A DNA stretch of 64,000 bases from an uncultured Bdellovibrionales bacterium (GCA_964538685.1 CAZIFD010000003.1:757-64756); one strand, 5' to 3'; shown: positions 1 to 12,601, numbered from the stretch's first letter. Program-made: numbers and translations. The notes: generated by a model not told the origin, from the letters alone.

Positions 1-1402
1 CAAACCATTTTCCTGTTAATTGAAAACCGATAGGAAGTTTTTCTCCCTCCCAAGAAACCTCCGGAGCCGGAACGGAAATAGCCGGTACGCCGGCAATATT
101 GGCTGTTACTGTAAAAATATCCGCCAAATACATCTCCAAGGGATTTTCCGTTTTTTCGCCTAACTTAAAGGCTGGCGTAGGTGAAGTAGGAGTTAGGACC
201 AAATCAACTTCAGAAAAAGCTTTTTCAAAATCTTCTTTGATAAGCGTTCTGACTTTCTGAGCCCGAAGATAAAAAGCATCATAATAACCGGCAGAAAGAG
301 CGTAAGTTCCAAGCATTATTCTTCTTTTGATTTCTTGACCCAAACCATATTGGCGAGAATCAAAATATTTTTCCAATAAATTTCTATCTGCCAAATCAAC
401 TGGCGTATCTTTTTGATGATCATCCGCCCGCATTCCGTATTTTATGCCATCATACTTGGCTAAATTGGAACTTATTTCAGAAGGCATAATGATATAATAA
501 GCTGGAAGAGAATATTTCGCATTAGGCAAAGCTACCTCTTTTATTTCCGCTCCCATTTTTTTGTAGCTCTCAATCACTTTCTCCATTGAAACTCTCACTT
601 CCGGATTTAGGTCTTTCAAATATTCCGAAATGATTCCAATCTTCATTCCCCTGACTTCTCCTGTCAAATAGTTGGTATAGTCTTTGCCAAAACTTTTCGC
701 CGAAGTCGCGTCTTTGCTATCGCGTCCGGCAATAATATTCAAAATCAAAGCCGCATCTTCCACTGTTTTGGTTATTGGTCCGATTTGGTCCAAACTGGAA
801 CCCATAGCAATCGCACCATATCTGGAAACTCGGCCATAAGTCGGCTTTAACCCAACTAGTCCACAAAAAGAAGCTGGCTGACGAATTGATCCGCCAGTAT
901 CAGTACCAAGCGACCAAACAGCTTGATCGGCGGCCACACTCGCCGCACTTCCACCAGACGAACCACCTGGAACCCTTTTCAAGCTCAGCGGATTTTTAGT
1001 TGGTCCATAAGCACTATTTTCCGTTGAGGAACCGCAAGCAAATTCGTCCAAATTAGTTTTTCCCAAAATCACTGCGCCTTCATCCTTAAGTTTTCTAACC
1101 ACCGTTGCATCATAAGGAGCAATATAGTTATCCAAAATCTTGGAAGCCGCTGTCGCTCTTTCGTTTTTAACTAAAATCATATCCTTAACCGAGCCGGGAA
1201 TTCCTTCTAAAATTCCGATTTCTTCTCCATTTTTTATTTTGTCATCCACCCTTTGCGCTTGTTCCAAAGCCAATTTTTCGGTAATAGTCAAATAAGCGAA
1301 AATATTTTCGTTTTCTTTTTTTATTTTAGACAAATATTCTTCTGTCAATCTCAAAGCGGAAATTTCTCCGCTTACCAATTTTTGATGCAAATCTTTAATC
1401 AT
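1..1402 (-). CDS. gatA: Glu/Asp-tRNA amidotransferase subunit A (amidase family); 3' end runs off the window
   Basis: Minus-strand ORF starting at ATG ~1402 and open to position 1. Translation shows the amidase signature region (GGSSGGSAA...GTDTGGSIRQPA). It lies directly downstream of gatC. Confidence 0.85.
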   Translation of the reverse strand, partial: MIKDLHQKLVSGEISALRLTEEYLSKIKKENENIFAYLTITEKLALEQAQRVDDKIKNGEEIGILEGIPGSVKDMILVKNERATAASKILDNYIAPYDATVVRKLKDEGAVILGKTNLDEFACGSSTENSAYGPTKNPLSLKRVPGGSSGGSAASVAADQAVWSLGTDTGGSIRQPASFCGLVGLKPTYGRVSRYGAIAMGSSLDQIGPITKTVEDAALILNIIAGRDSKDATSAKSFGKDYTNYLTGEVRGMKIGIISEYLKDLNPEVRVSMEKVIESYKKMGAEIKEVALPNAKYSLPAYYIIMPSEISSNLAKYDGIKYGMRADDHQKDTPVDLADRNLLEKYFDSRQYGLGQEIKRRIMLGTYALSAGYYDAFYLRAQKVRTLIKEDFEKAFSEVDLVLTPTSPTPAFKLGEKTENPLEMYLADIFTVTANIAGVPAISVPAPEVSWEGEKLPIGFQLTGKWF

Positions 1403-1428
1403 AATAACTGATAAAATAGCTAATCAAA

Positions 1429-1710
1429 TTACATAACACTCTTAACTTTGTCGTAGCGATCTTTTTTGTCAGGGAAAAGCTCAATTAACTTTTCCTTATC
1501 AGAAAAATCCGCCTCGCGATCTTCTCTTTTAATATTTTTCACACCTGCAATATGAGCTGTCGGCAAAACCTCCGTCACATCCGCTTCTTCCATCTTTTTT
1601 ATCCAATCCAAAACCGAAGAAAGATCTTGGGAAAATCGTTCCAATTCATCGTCGCTCATTCCAATTCTGGCTAACTCCGCAATATGTTTAGTTTCTTCTT
1701 GGCTGATCAT
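1429..1710 (-). CDS. gatC: Glu/Asp-tRNA amidotransferase subunit C
   Basis: 93-aa ORF with GatC-like sequence (DDELERFSQDLSSVLDWI), in the conserved gatC-gatA order. Confidence 0.8.
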   Translation of the reverse strand: MISQEETKHIAELARIGMSDDELERFSQDLSSVLDWIKKMEEADVTEVLPTAHIAGVKNIKREDREADFSDKEKLIELFPDKKDRYDKVKSVM

Positions 1711-1721
1711 AAATTTTCTGA

Positions 1722-3794
<2,073 letters not shown>

Positions 3795-3833
3795 TCACAA
3801 TAAATTAAAGACATCATTAGTTTTAATTATAAC

Positions 3834-3866
3834 ACAAAAAAACCTCTTTTGAGAGGTTTTTCACTA
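3834..3866 (-). terminator. Rho-independent terminator after the pilus operon (bidirectional hairpin)
   Basis: AAAAAACCTCT-TTTG-AGAGGTTTTTT palindrome. On the minus strand the hairpin is followed by a T-run. Confidence 0.55.
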
Positions 3867-3874
3867 AAAGAAAA

Positions 3875-4999
3875 TTAATAAGGCAATGAAGATGGAGTAA
3901 AATTATCTTTCCACTGCGCTTTCCCTTTCAGAATTCTCACTTCATCCAAATAACCATCAAGATAATTTGATTTACTTGAATCTCCCAATGCACCTATCAG
4001 TAAGGCTACACTGCTATTAAAAACCTCACCGTTCAATCCAGAGTCCGTATCTTCTTTATTGCCGTTTAGAAATAAATAAGCCTTATCCCCATCTCTCACC
4101 ACAGTTGCATGATTCCACCTATTTATTTCAATATTTTTGTTGCAAGTTAAATTAATAAGATCCGCAGAATCCGTTTGATTTCTGGCAATAAATTGAAGTT
4201 TGCTGTTATTGTTAATTTCAAACCGGAAAGCATTTTTTCCATTCACTGTCCCCCAACTGGAAACAAAAGTTTCGTTTTTTATATCTGAATTTTTCAGATA
4301 AAACCAAAAATCCATAGTAAAATTATCACTTCCAAAATTCCAATCGTCACTATCCGCTATTGACAAATAACCTGAAGTTCCATCAAATTTTGCCCCCCGA
4401 CAAATCTTTTTTTGATCTTTGGTTATTTCTACTCCCCCCTTCTTAACTATAGTGTGCACTCCATTTGCCACTGCCGAATCAATAAAATTACCGGTATCAC
4501 TCCCACCATCCATATGCAAAAGCAATTTCACTTGTTCATCATTGTTTTCTCCATTACAAGACATAAACTTCACCGGAACATCAATCGCCCGTTCGGATTG
4601 TTGAAAAACATTTGAGGAAACACCTATTGATTTAATGCTTTTCACCCGTTCAATAGGATCAGTGGAATTGCAGGAGATTTTATTTTTGTCATCACCCACA
4701 CCGTCATAAAGAGCTACCCGATATTCGCCCCGACGGATCAAACCGCTACTACTAACACATCCGGAAAGTTCCGAAATTCTGTTAACTTCACTAATTTCTC
4801 CCATAACACTTTCAATTCCCTCATCAGCCGTTTGATAAGCCAAACTAGTTCTGGAAGCTCCCGTAGCTGATCGCATTTCCCTAATAGAAACAAGAATTAA
4901 ACTGAGCGCAATAGATAAAATTAATCCTAAAATTAAAATAGAAACAATCAAAGCTGAAGCTGGATATTTTTTTGTTATATTATTTTTTTCCATAAGCAT
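3875..4999 (-). CDS. Minor pilin-like protein with C-terminal LamG/concanavalin A-like lectin domain (candidate pilus tip adhesin)
   Basis: N-terminal hydrophobic helix followed by the AYQTADEGIE motif typical of PilX-like minor pilins. The C-terminal half has LamG-like signatures (GYLDEVRIL). It is the last gene of the pilus operon. Confidence 0.5.
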   Translation of the reverse strand: MLMEKNNITKKYPASALIVSILILGLILSIALSLILVSIREMRSATGASRTSLAYQTADEGIESVMGEISEVNRISELSGCVSSSGLIRRGEYRVALYDGVGDDKNKISCNSTDPIERVKSIKSIGVSSNVFQQSERAIDVPVKFMSCNGENNDEQVKLLLHMDGGSDTGNFIDSAVANGVHTIVKKGGVEITKDQKKICRGAKFDGTSGYLSIADSDDWNFGSDNFTMDFWFYLKNSDIKNETFVSSWGTVNGKNAFRFEINNNSKLQFIARNQTDSADLINLTCNKNIEINRWNHATVVRDGDKAYLFLNGNKEDTDSGLNGEVFNSSVALLIGALGDSSKSNYLDGYLDEVRILKGKAQWKDNFTPSSLPY

Positions 5000-5002
5000 A
5001 AA

Positions 5003-5554
5003 TTATTCCAAATAATCCCTGAGAGAAATAGTGGTTTGTAACGGCTCATTTGATCCTAAAATTTTAACTTTAATAGTTACTCGTCCGACTGAGGGATTTG
5101 TCGTTCCGTAATTTGATTTTTGAATAACAAATTTCAAGCTTTCAATATTAGAGACTGAAACCAAGTCAAAAAAAGTACCATAACTGACACTGGAACAATT
5201 AGGATTGTCTATTCTGGATATTTCAGCTGTTTCGGCCATTTTAATTTTTTTATTCCCACTATCAAAAGAATAGGCCATACATTTTTTCTGAGAATAATTG
5301 TAAAAATATATTTTTTCTTCTGTTCCACCATCCACCGCTCCCATTCTGATATTTTTTGCCATTGATTCCATCGCTACTCTGGAATTTTCCATCCCCACTT
5401 GAATTTCTCTGGAATTTTTTTGATACCGATAAATGCTCAAAAAGGTAGAAATAACAGCCACAATCACAAAAGAAAAAACAAACATCGCAACCAGAAGCTC
5501 AATCAGAGTAAAGCCTGAAGCCGATTTTTTTTTAATGGTTATTGCTCTCTCCAT
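5003..5554 (-). CDS. Prepilin-type N-terminal cleavage/methylation domain protein (PilW-like pseudopilin)
   Basis: N-terminus [18 protein letters not shown] matches a class III signal peptide. Confidence 0.7.
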   Translation of the reverse strand: MERAITIKKKSASGFTLIELLVAMFVFSFVIVAVISTFLSIYRYQKNSREIQVGMENSRVAMESMAKNIRMGAVDGGTEEKIYFYNYSQKKCMAYSFDSGNKKIKMAETAEISRIDNPNCSSVSYGTFFDLVSVSNIESLKFVIQKSNYGTTNPSVGRVTIKVKILGSNEPLQTTISLRDYLE

Positions 5555-6102
5555 CTGTTTAAAATTATTTTAGTAAAAACACACTTAGAACTTAAATTGC
5601 AATTGCCTACAGTTGGCGCACTACTCGGAAACGACCCGTCCTCCCAAACTACAGTACTATAAACGGTCCTAGTGTCTCCCGTTCCCTGAATTAATATTTT
5701 CCGAGAAAAAAGGGTTTTCGTTCCAAGTGTGGTGTTTCTATAATAACCACCATACAAATTCAAGGCAACATTGGAAGAATTTGCATTGTACAAAGTGACT
5801 CCAGAAAAGTCTATAATTTTCCATCCAGCCGTTATTCCCAAAAATGATTCTTGATCTTTTCTGGCATTCATATCTCGGATATTTCTAACCAGTTCCACTC
5901 CCTCCTGAGACAAAAGCGAAGCAACAAAATAACGCCGACTTTGAGTGGTCTTCTCTATTCCAGAAACCATAATGGAAATGACTGAAATTATTCCCACTGA
6001 AAGCATAAAAATTGAAAGCATCACTTCAATAAAAGAGAAGGCAGAAAAAGTCTTTCTATTTTTTCGTTTGTTTTTCATTAGCACTAAATTAATTTTCAAC
6101 AA
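5539..6102 (-). CDS. PilV-like minor pilin
   Basis: FSFIEVMLSIFMLSVGIISV prepilin-like N-terminus. Overlaps its neighbours (operon coupling). Confidence 0.6.
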   Translation of the reverse strand: MLKINLVLMKNKRKNRKTFSAFSFIEVMLSIFMLSVGIISVISIMVSGIEKTTQSRRYFVASLLSQEGVELVRNIRDMNARKDQESFLGITAGWKIIDFSGVTLYNANSSNVALNLYGGYYRNTTLGTKTLFSRKILIQGTGDTRTVYSTVVWEDGSFPSSAPTVGNCNLSSKCVFTKIILNRWREQ

Positions 6103-6649
6103 CCAAACCAGAACGATTTACAGTTATACTTCTACTCGTTGAACCACTGGCCGAAACAAGCACTATATCGGTACCGTAAAAAACACTACCGTCCCGTTTA
6201 TAAACATTTCCATGCGGTATGGAAAAATACATTTCTGAATTTTGATACACTCCTGATAATTTAACATTATTACTCAAAGCATATTCTTCCAATTTGACGC
6301 AATTTGATCCGGCACTAGAACAATTACTAGCACAGACCCCACTACTTGAATTTTTTATATAAAAAATTTGATAGGTATTATTGTTAACAAATCTAAACCC
6401 ATAACCGCAAGGAGCAATGCTTCCTCCCGGAACCACAAGCCCCTGAAGAGCATAGCTCTTAGTCAAATTTATTGCCGAAGCCACTTCGCGTTGAGAGTTC
6501 TTAAGGCTGTTTTTTTCTTTGGTTGAAATAAAAGAATAAATTCCAACCGAAGAAAGTATACCAATTATGGCAATCACAATCAAAAGCTCAATCAGAGTAA
6601 ATCCTGACAAATTATTTCTTTTTTTGCAGTAATTCAAATTTAAAATCAT
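6089..6649 (-). CDS. Type IV pilin-like protein (FimT/GspH-like)
   Basis: [17 protein letters not shown] class III signal. Confidence 0.7.
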   Translation of the reverse strand: MILNLNYCKKRNNLSGFTLIELLIVIAIIGILSSVGIYSFISTKEKNSLKNSQREVASAINLTKSYALQGLVVPGGSIAPCGYGFRFVNNNTYQIFYIKNSSSGVCASNCSSAGSNCVKLEEYALSNNVKLSGVYQNSEMYFSIPHGNVYKRDGSVFYGTDIVLVSASGSTSRSITVNRSGLVVEN

Positions 6650-6659
6650 ATAAACTAAG

Positions 6660-7475
6660 TTAAAAAGCCAACAAATTCCAATACCATTCAGTTATTGGAA
6701 AATAGAAAAACAAACTCACCAGACTGCCTATCACCAAAAATGGAGCTAGCGGAAGTTTACTTTTCATTTTTTTCTCTCCAAAAGCGATGAGTCCAACTCC
6801 AACAACTGCCCCGAAGAAAAATCCTAAAATCAAAGCTAGGAGAACTTGGGGAGCTCCCAAAATCAATCCTAGAAAAATCGCCAAATAAGCATCCCCCATT
6901 CCCATCCACTTCTCTTTGCTTCCATAAGCAATAGCAAAGAAAAATAGAAAAGAAAAAAATCCGCCAAGAATTCCAGAATATGTCCTAACGCTTAAAATAT
7001 CAGCTAGAAACAAATTATCCCTCCAATCAAATATCAAATTAAATAACAATGCCACCCCAATACCTATCCAAAGAACAATTCCTGGAATTTCCAAGTACAA
7101 AACATCATAAACAAAAATAACTACCAAAATACTAACAATAAAAAGCCAATAAGCCGTTACGATCCAAGAAAAATAATTTTCCGGCAAAAAAAACCTATAA
7201 GCAATAAAGGCAAAAAGTAATCCGGTAAAAAATTCAACCAACGGATACTGCCAAGATATTTTTTCTTTGCAATTCCTACATCTAAAATTGAGCAAAATAA
7301 AACTAACAATAGGAATGTTGTCATACCATTTAATTTTAGATTGGCATTTGGGACATTTTGATCTTCCAAAAAAAATACTCTCCACTACATTCAACCGATA
7401 AATAACCACATTCAAAAAACTCCCCACCATAAGTCCGAATACAAAAAAAACAACTAAAGCGCCGGTCATGTTCAT
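6660..7475 (-). CDS. pilD: Prepilin peptidase (A24 family)
   Basis: N-terminal tetra-Cys zinc motif (CPKCQ...CRNCK) followed by a polytopic membrane domain with a GMGD motif. Confidence 0.9.
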   Translation of the reverse strand: MNMTGALVVFFVFGLMVGSFLNVVIYRLNVVESIFFGRSKCPKCQSKIKWYDNIPIVSFILLNFRCRNCKEKISWQYPLVEFFTGLLFAFIAYRFFLPENYFSWIVTAYWLFIVSILVVIFVYDVLYLEIPGIVLWIGIGVALLFNLIFDWRDNLFLADILSVRTYSGILGGFFSFLFFFAIAYGSKEKWMGMGDAYLAIFLGLILGAPQVLLALILGFFFGAVVGVGLIAFGEKKMKSKLPLAPFLVIGSLVSLFFYFPITEWYWNLLAF

Positions 7476-7554
7476 CTCTTGATTAATAAAAATTATTTAA
7501 TCTCAATTCTCAAGTTCCGAATAATAAAATTCGGAACTAAAAGAATAAAGACTA

Positions 7555-7995
7555 TTAGGGTGCAGTGGCGCTACAAGTCGCATTGCCAGCAATTACTTTG
7601 CAAGAATTGTTTTTGCTATTGCAACAAATCAAATTATCGCTAGCCCCAGTTCCATTATAAGCGGAAAAATAATAAGCGCCAGAAGTTGAATTAAAACTTG
7701 ATCCACTGGTCCAGTTCCATCCGGCAGTACTTCCCGTATTGAGAGTTGGCCATGTTTCTGTCCCTCCGCAAATAGCCGTTCCAGCTGATGGAGCTGCTAC
7801 TGTCTTACCATCATCAAAACACAAGAAAATTGTAGGTAAAACAGAAGAAACTGTTGACTGAACTGAAGCTGTTTTTGCCTTCTTTCTGGCGTTACTCAAA
7901 GAAACCAAAACAGTCGCCGCTAAAATCCCAATTATGGCAATCACAATTAGAAGCTCAATCAGAGTAAATCCTCTCTTGGTTTGAATTTTTTTCAT
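7555..7995 (-). CDS. pilA: Type IV major pilin
   Basis: [21 protein letters not shown] class III signal peptide. The C-terminal domain is Ser/Thr/Gly-rich with multiple Cys. The gene has its own upstream gap, which may contain a promoter. Confidence 0.8.
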   Translation of the reverse strand: MKKIQTKRGFTLIELLIVIAIIGILAATVLVSLSNARKKAKTASVQSTVSSVLPTIFLCFDDGKTVAAPSAGTAICGGTETWPTLNTGSTAGWNWTSGSSFNSTSGAYYFSAYNGTGASDNLICCNSKNNSCKVIAGNATCSATAP

Positions 7996-8038
7996 AAGTC
8001 ACCTCCCTTCATCTTTTTTTTCTTGTCTATTTAAATAT

Positions 8039-9247
8039 CTAACTTATCGATCCGGTAATATTGTAAATTGGAATTAGGACCGCAAAAGCCAAAATTCCCA
8101 CCGCAACTCCAATCATTATCATAAGCACCGGCTCAATTAAGGTGGATAAGTTTTTAGTCAAGGTATCTGTTTGTTGCTGATAAAATTTAGCCACATATTT
8201 CAAAACGGAATCAATTTGCCCCGATTCCTCCCCTATTTTTACCATTTGTGAAACCATAGACGGAACTTGAGGATATTTTCTAAGAATATCACTCATTTCC
8301 CCTCCTATTTTTACCTCCTCAGCCGCTTTGAGAAAAATATTCGCATAAACACTATTATTAATTACTGAACTGACAATATTGAGTGCCCGAATAATTGGAA
8401 TACCTCCTGACAAAAGCACAGCTAGATTTTCAGAAAAACGAGTTACATAAACATTTCTAAATATGATTCCGACGATTGGCAATTTAATTTTAACTTGATC
8501 CCACTCCCTTTTCCCTTCTTCTGTTCTAACATAATAAAACAAACCGACAAAAAAACCAACGATAACAATAGCAACTGCCCACCAATAATTTGCCATAAAA
8601 TCACTGATATTAATGACTAATTTGGTGTACCATGGCACCTCGACTTCCAGTTCCTTAATCATCAAGGTTAATTTTGGAACAATGAAAGAGATTACCAGAA
8701 ATCCAATCACAAAGAAAACCACCATAACAATAGCCGGGTACATCATAGCCGAACGAACCTTGGTGGTAAGCTCATAATTTCTTTCAATATTATCTGCCAC
8801 ATATTCAATTGAATCTTTGAGATTTCCGGAAGCTTCACCAGCTCTGATTATGTTAATAGAAAGATTAGAAAAAACATCATCGTGCTTTTTTAGAGCGTCC
8901 GAAAGAGAAACTCCATCTTGGATTTCATTAGCTACCTCAGTAATAATCCGGCTGAAATATTGATTTCTGGTTTCTTCTCGGATTGAATAGAGAGCGGAAA
9001 TAATTGGCACTTTGGCCCCAATCATTATGGAAAGCTGGCGAAAAAATATTACTAATTCTTCCGTCTTGACACTATCAAAATATTTAAGAAAAGCTTTTTT
9101 AAGAGAATTTTTTTTCTCCGCCACAACACTAATAGGATAAAGTCCGTTTTTTTGCAAAACCTCAATGGCAGCAGTTTCATTAACTGCTTCAATTATACCT
9201 TCCTTTTTGAGTCCGTCTTGATCTTTGGCTCTAAAATTAAATTTCAT
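8039..9247 (-). CDS. pilC: Type IV pilus platform protein PilC (GspF family)
   Basis: 402 aa with duplicated T2SSF-like domains and 3 TM segments. Confidence 0.9.
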   Translation of the reverse strand: MKFNFRAKDQDGLKKEGIIEAVNETAAIEVLQKNGLYPISVVAEKKNSLKKAFLKYFDSVKTEELVIFFRQLSIMIGAKVPIISALYSIREETRNQYFSRIITEVANEIQDGVSLSDALKKHDDVFSNLSINIIRAGEASGNLKDSIEYVADNIERNYELTTKVRSAMMYPAIVMVVFFVIGFLVISFIVPKLTLMIKELEVEVPWYTKLVINISDFMANYWWAVAIVIVGFFVGLFYYVRTEEGKREWDQVKIKLPIVGIIFRNVYVTRFSENLAVLLSGGIPIIRALNIVSSVINNSVYANIFLKAAEEVKIGGEMSDILRKYPQVPSMVSQMVKIGEESGQIDSVLKYVAKFYQQQTDTLTKNLSTLIEPVLMIMIGVAVGILAFAVLIPIYNITGSIS

Positions 9248-9288
9248 ATTTTTTTGTTTTTGATATCTTATATTTTAGTATAAATGCA

Positions 9289-10359
9289 TCAAACATTCAA
9301 CATTGATTGGAAATTTTTCTGATCCTTAGCATAAACCAAAGCTGATTCAAGAGAAATCAATCCTTTTTTCACCATCTCCGACAATGATTTGTCCAGAGAA
9401 ATCATGCCGGAATTGGAACTGGTATCAATCACATTATCTATCTGGTAAGTTTTGTTTTCTCTGATTAAATTTGAAATGGCATGATTTTTTATCATTATTT
9501 CCACCGCTGGGATTCTTCCTCCGTCGTTTTTCGGCACTAACCGTTGAGAAACAACTCCCAAAAGAACATTGGCCAGCTGGGTCCTTATTTGATTTTGCTG
9601 ATGAGCCGGAAAAACATCAATAATACGATCAATTGTTTGAGGAGAATCGTTGGTGTGAAGAGTAGCAAAGATTAAATGGCCGGTTTCTGCCGCAGTGATA
9701 ACAGTAGAAATGGTTTCTAAATCTCTCATTTCACCCACCAAAACTACATTAGCATCCTCGCGAAGAACCGCCTTGAGTGCTGTTTGAAATGATTTCGTGT
9801 CTTCATAGACTTCTCGTTGATCAATAATGCATTTATCCGGTTCATACATATATTCTATCGGATCTTCAATGGTAACAATATGCTTTTCCTGAGTTTTATT
9901 GATCTGATTGATAAGCGCCGCCAAAGTAGTTGATTTTCCATGACCCACCGGGCCGACCACCAAAACCAAGCCTTGGGAAACATTATTGAAATCATATAAA
10001 ATTTCCGGCATACCCAATTCTTCTAAACTCCGAACTTCCATTGGAATAAGTCGCAAAGCAATGCTGATATGGCCTTGCTGAAAAAAAGCATTGACTCTGA
10101 ATCTGGCCTTGTCTTCAAAATTATACGAAAAATCAATGTGTCCATCCTCAAGCATTTTCTTTTTTCTCTCTTCATTCAAAAAACTATCACACATCTCCTT
10201 GGTGTCCGACGGAATGAGAACTTTTTCCTGATTCAAAGGAAATAATTTGCCATCAATTCTAAGTGTTGGATATCTTCCTACATTTAAATGCAAATCAGAA
10301 GCTCCCTGCTGGGCCACTAATCGCAAAAGATTTTTAATTCTTTGTTCCGTATGTATCAT
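9289..10359 (-). CDS. pilT: Twitching motility retraction ATPase PilT
   Basis: Walker A (GPVGHGKST), Asp box, His box and the AIRNLIRE-like motif (AISNLIRE). Confidence 0.9.
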   Translation of the reverse strand: MIHTEQRIKNLLRLVAQQGASDLHLNVGRYPTLRIDGKLFPLNQEKVLIPSDTKEMCDSFLNEERKKKMLEDGHIDFSYNFEDKARFRVNAFFQQGHISIALRLIPMEVRSLEELGMPEILYDFNNVSQGLVLVVGPVGHGKSTTLAALINQINKTQEKHIVTIEDPIEYMYEPDKCIIDQREVYEDTKSFQTALKAVLREDANVVLVGEMRDLETISTVITAAETGHLIFATLHTNDSPQTIDRIIDVFPAHQQNQIRTQLANVLLGVVSQRLVPKNDGGRIPAVEIMIKNHAISNLIRENKTYQIDNVIDTSSNSGMISLDKSLSEMVKKGLISLESALVYAKDQKNFQSMLNV

Positions 10360-10769
10360 TTTTTTATTATTTCACCTCCGGAAAAAACTAAATTTATTTT
10401 TTCCAAAACCTCGGAGGGAGTAAAATGGGATTTAATTAAATAGTCATTAGCTCCCAACCCCAATCCGGTTTCAATTTCTTCTTTTTGACTCAAGTTGGTT
10501 AAAAGAATTACTGGAATATTTTTAAATCGCTCTTCGCTTTTTATTTTTTTGAGAAATTCCAATCCGTCCATGTAGGGCATAATGATGTCCAGAAGTATTA
10601 AATCCGGCAAAACATCCATTTCTTCCAGTTTTTTTAAACCTTCCATTCCATTAGCAGCACCCAAAACATCAAATCCTTCTCCTTGAAGTTTGGTTTCATA
10701 AATATCCATCACAAAGGCATCATCTTCCACTATCATTATTTTCTTTTTTTCAACTGCATTTTCACTCAT
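10356..10769 (-). CDS. Single-domain response regulator (CheY-like REC), PilH/PilG-like
   Basis: 137 aa REC domain (MIVEDD...LLDIIMP...K). Its stop overlaps the pilT start (ATGA). Confidence 0.85.
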   Translation of the reverse strand: MSENAVEKKKIMIVEDDAFVMDIYETKLQGEGFDVLGAANGMEGLKKLEEMDVLPDLILLDIIMPYMDGLEFLKKIKSEERFKNIPVILLTNLSQKEEIETGLGLGANDYLIKSHFTPSEVLEKINLVFSGGEIIKK

Positions 10770-10840
10770 ATTTTTTTCAGTACCTCAATGTTTTTTAATA
10801 AAACACCGTGGCACAATTTTTAACCAATTGAATGGCTATT

Positions 10841-12574
10841 TTATAAATTTTCATCTTCCAATGTAATATTACCTTCCGTAACTCTTTCTATTTCTTCTAT
10901 AGTAGTCAATCCTTTTATAATTTTCATAATACCATCTTGTTTCATTGTAAGCACGCCTAAACGCTGTCTCTCAGCCATCAACAAGGAATCCTCTCCATTA
11001 TTATCAGAGATTATATTTCTCATTTTATCAGAAATAGGAATAACTTCGTAAATCGCTACTCTTCCCTTGAGTCCGGTTCCATTGCATTTTTCGCAACCCC
11101 TACCTTGATAAGCCTTGATTCCTTTTTCAATATCAATGCCATATTTTTTAAATTCATTTTGATTTACTCCCTTTAACACCTCGCTCATTTTATTTTTTAT
11201 TGTTTCCGACAAAACTTTTTCTTCCCGGCAATGATCGCAAATTCTTCTGGCTAATCTTTGAGACATAACCATTCTAAGTGAAGAAGAAAGCAGAAAAGGT
11301 TCTATGCCCATATCAATCAAGCGAGGGATGGCTCCCAGGGCAGTGTTGGTGTGTAAGGTAGAAAACATAAGATGCCCCGTAAGCGCAGCGTGAACCGCCA
11401 ATTCAGCCGTTTCTCCATCTCTGATTTCCCCCACCATAATTACATTAGGATCTTGACGAAGAACGGTTCTTAATCCTGAAGCAAAAGTATAACCAATTTC
11501 CGGTTTTACTTGAGATTGATTAAGTCCTTCAATATTATATTCTACCGGATCTTCCAAGGTAATTATATTTCTTTCTTCTTGATTGAGAATTTTGAGGAGA
11601 GCATAAAGAGTGGTTGATTTTCCACTACCAGTCGGACCGGTCATTAAAATCATTCCATAAGTCTCTTTGATGGCACTCTTCAGGTTATCAATCGCCGATC
11701 CAGAAACACCCAAATGCTCCAAATCAGTTAGACCGCTGTCTTTATCTAAAATTCTCATTACCACTTTCTCCCCGTTTATAACAGGCAAAGTGGAAACCCT
11801 AAAGTCTATTTCCTTACCATCACTTGTAAGACGGAAACGACCATCTTGAGGTTTTCTCTTCTCATCTATTTTCAGATTGGCCAATATTTTAATTCTGGAA
11901 ATAACCACTGGACCAATTTCTTTGGGCAACAACAAGCTTACATGTAAAATTCCATCCACTCTAAATCTTACCCGATATTCTGAACTTGCCGGTTCAATGT
12001 GAATATCACTAGCCTTTCCTTCTATGGCATGACTGATAATTACCTGAACCAACTTGGCCACAGGAGCATCCTGTAAAACTTCCTGACGAGATTTATTTCT
12101 AGCAGCATCTCTTTCAGCAATTTTTTCCGGGGAAAATTCATCTAAATCAAATCCGGAATCTTCCTTAAAAGATTTAACAGCTGCTTTTACCACTTCACTT
12201 GGTCCGTCATATAAAGAAAAAATATCCTCAAAAACCGCTTGACTAATCAAATATGGCTTTATGGTAAAACCTTCTTTTTCAGCAATAAATCTCAGAGTAT
12301 TGAGCGCTCCCAAATCCTGCGGATCAACAAGCGCTACCTTGAGAACATTGCCCTCTCGCTCAAAAGCCACCATTTTGTATTTCAAAGAAACATCCCTAGG
12401 AATGATACCAATAACTCCACTTGCAACACCAGATGGTCTTTTCTCCAAATAACCAGTTCCCATTTTTTCCGCCTTTTCAGCTAAAACCCTCTTGTCTTCC
12501 TTTTCTTTTGCTTCTTCTTCAAGATTATTTTTATTGACAGATTCTATTGATTCTTGATCTTTTTTTTCTTCCAT
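10841..12574 (-). CDS. pilB: Type IV pilus assembly ATPase PilB (GspE family)
   Basis: GspE N-terminal domain, Walker A (GPTGSGKSTT) and tetra-Cys motif (CDHC...CEKC). Confidence 0.9.
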   Translation of the reverse strand: MEEKKDQESIESVNKNNLEEEAKEKEDKRVLAEKAEKMGTGYLEKRPSGVASGVIGIIPRDVSLKYKMVAFEREGNVLKVALVDPQDLGALNTLRFIAEKEGFTIKPYLISQAVFEDIFSLYDGPSEVVKAAVKSFKEDSGFDLDEFSPEKIAERDAARNKSRQEVLQDAPVAKLVQVIISHAIEGKASDIHIEPASSEYRVRFRVDGILHVSLLLPKEIGPVVISRIKILANLKIDEKRKPQDGRFRLTSDGKEIDFRVSTLPVINGEKVVMRILDKDSGLTDLEHLGVSGSAIDNLKSAIKETYGMILMTGPTGSGKSTTLYALLKILNQEERNIITLEDPVEYNIEGLNQSQVKPEIGYTFASGLRTVLRQDPNVIMVGEIRDGETAELAVHAALTGHLMFSTLHTNTALGAIPRLIDMGIEPFLLSSSLRMVMSQRLARRICDHCREEKVLSETIKNKMSEVLKGVNQNEFKKYGIDIEKGIKAYQGRGCEKCNGTGLKGRVAIYEVIPISDKMRNIISDNNGEDSLLMAERQRLGVLTMKQDGIMKIIKGLTTIEEIERVTEGNITLEDENL

Positions 12575-12601
12575 TTCTATTTCGGTTTTTAGAATAAAAA
12601 A

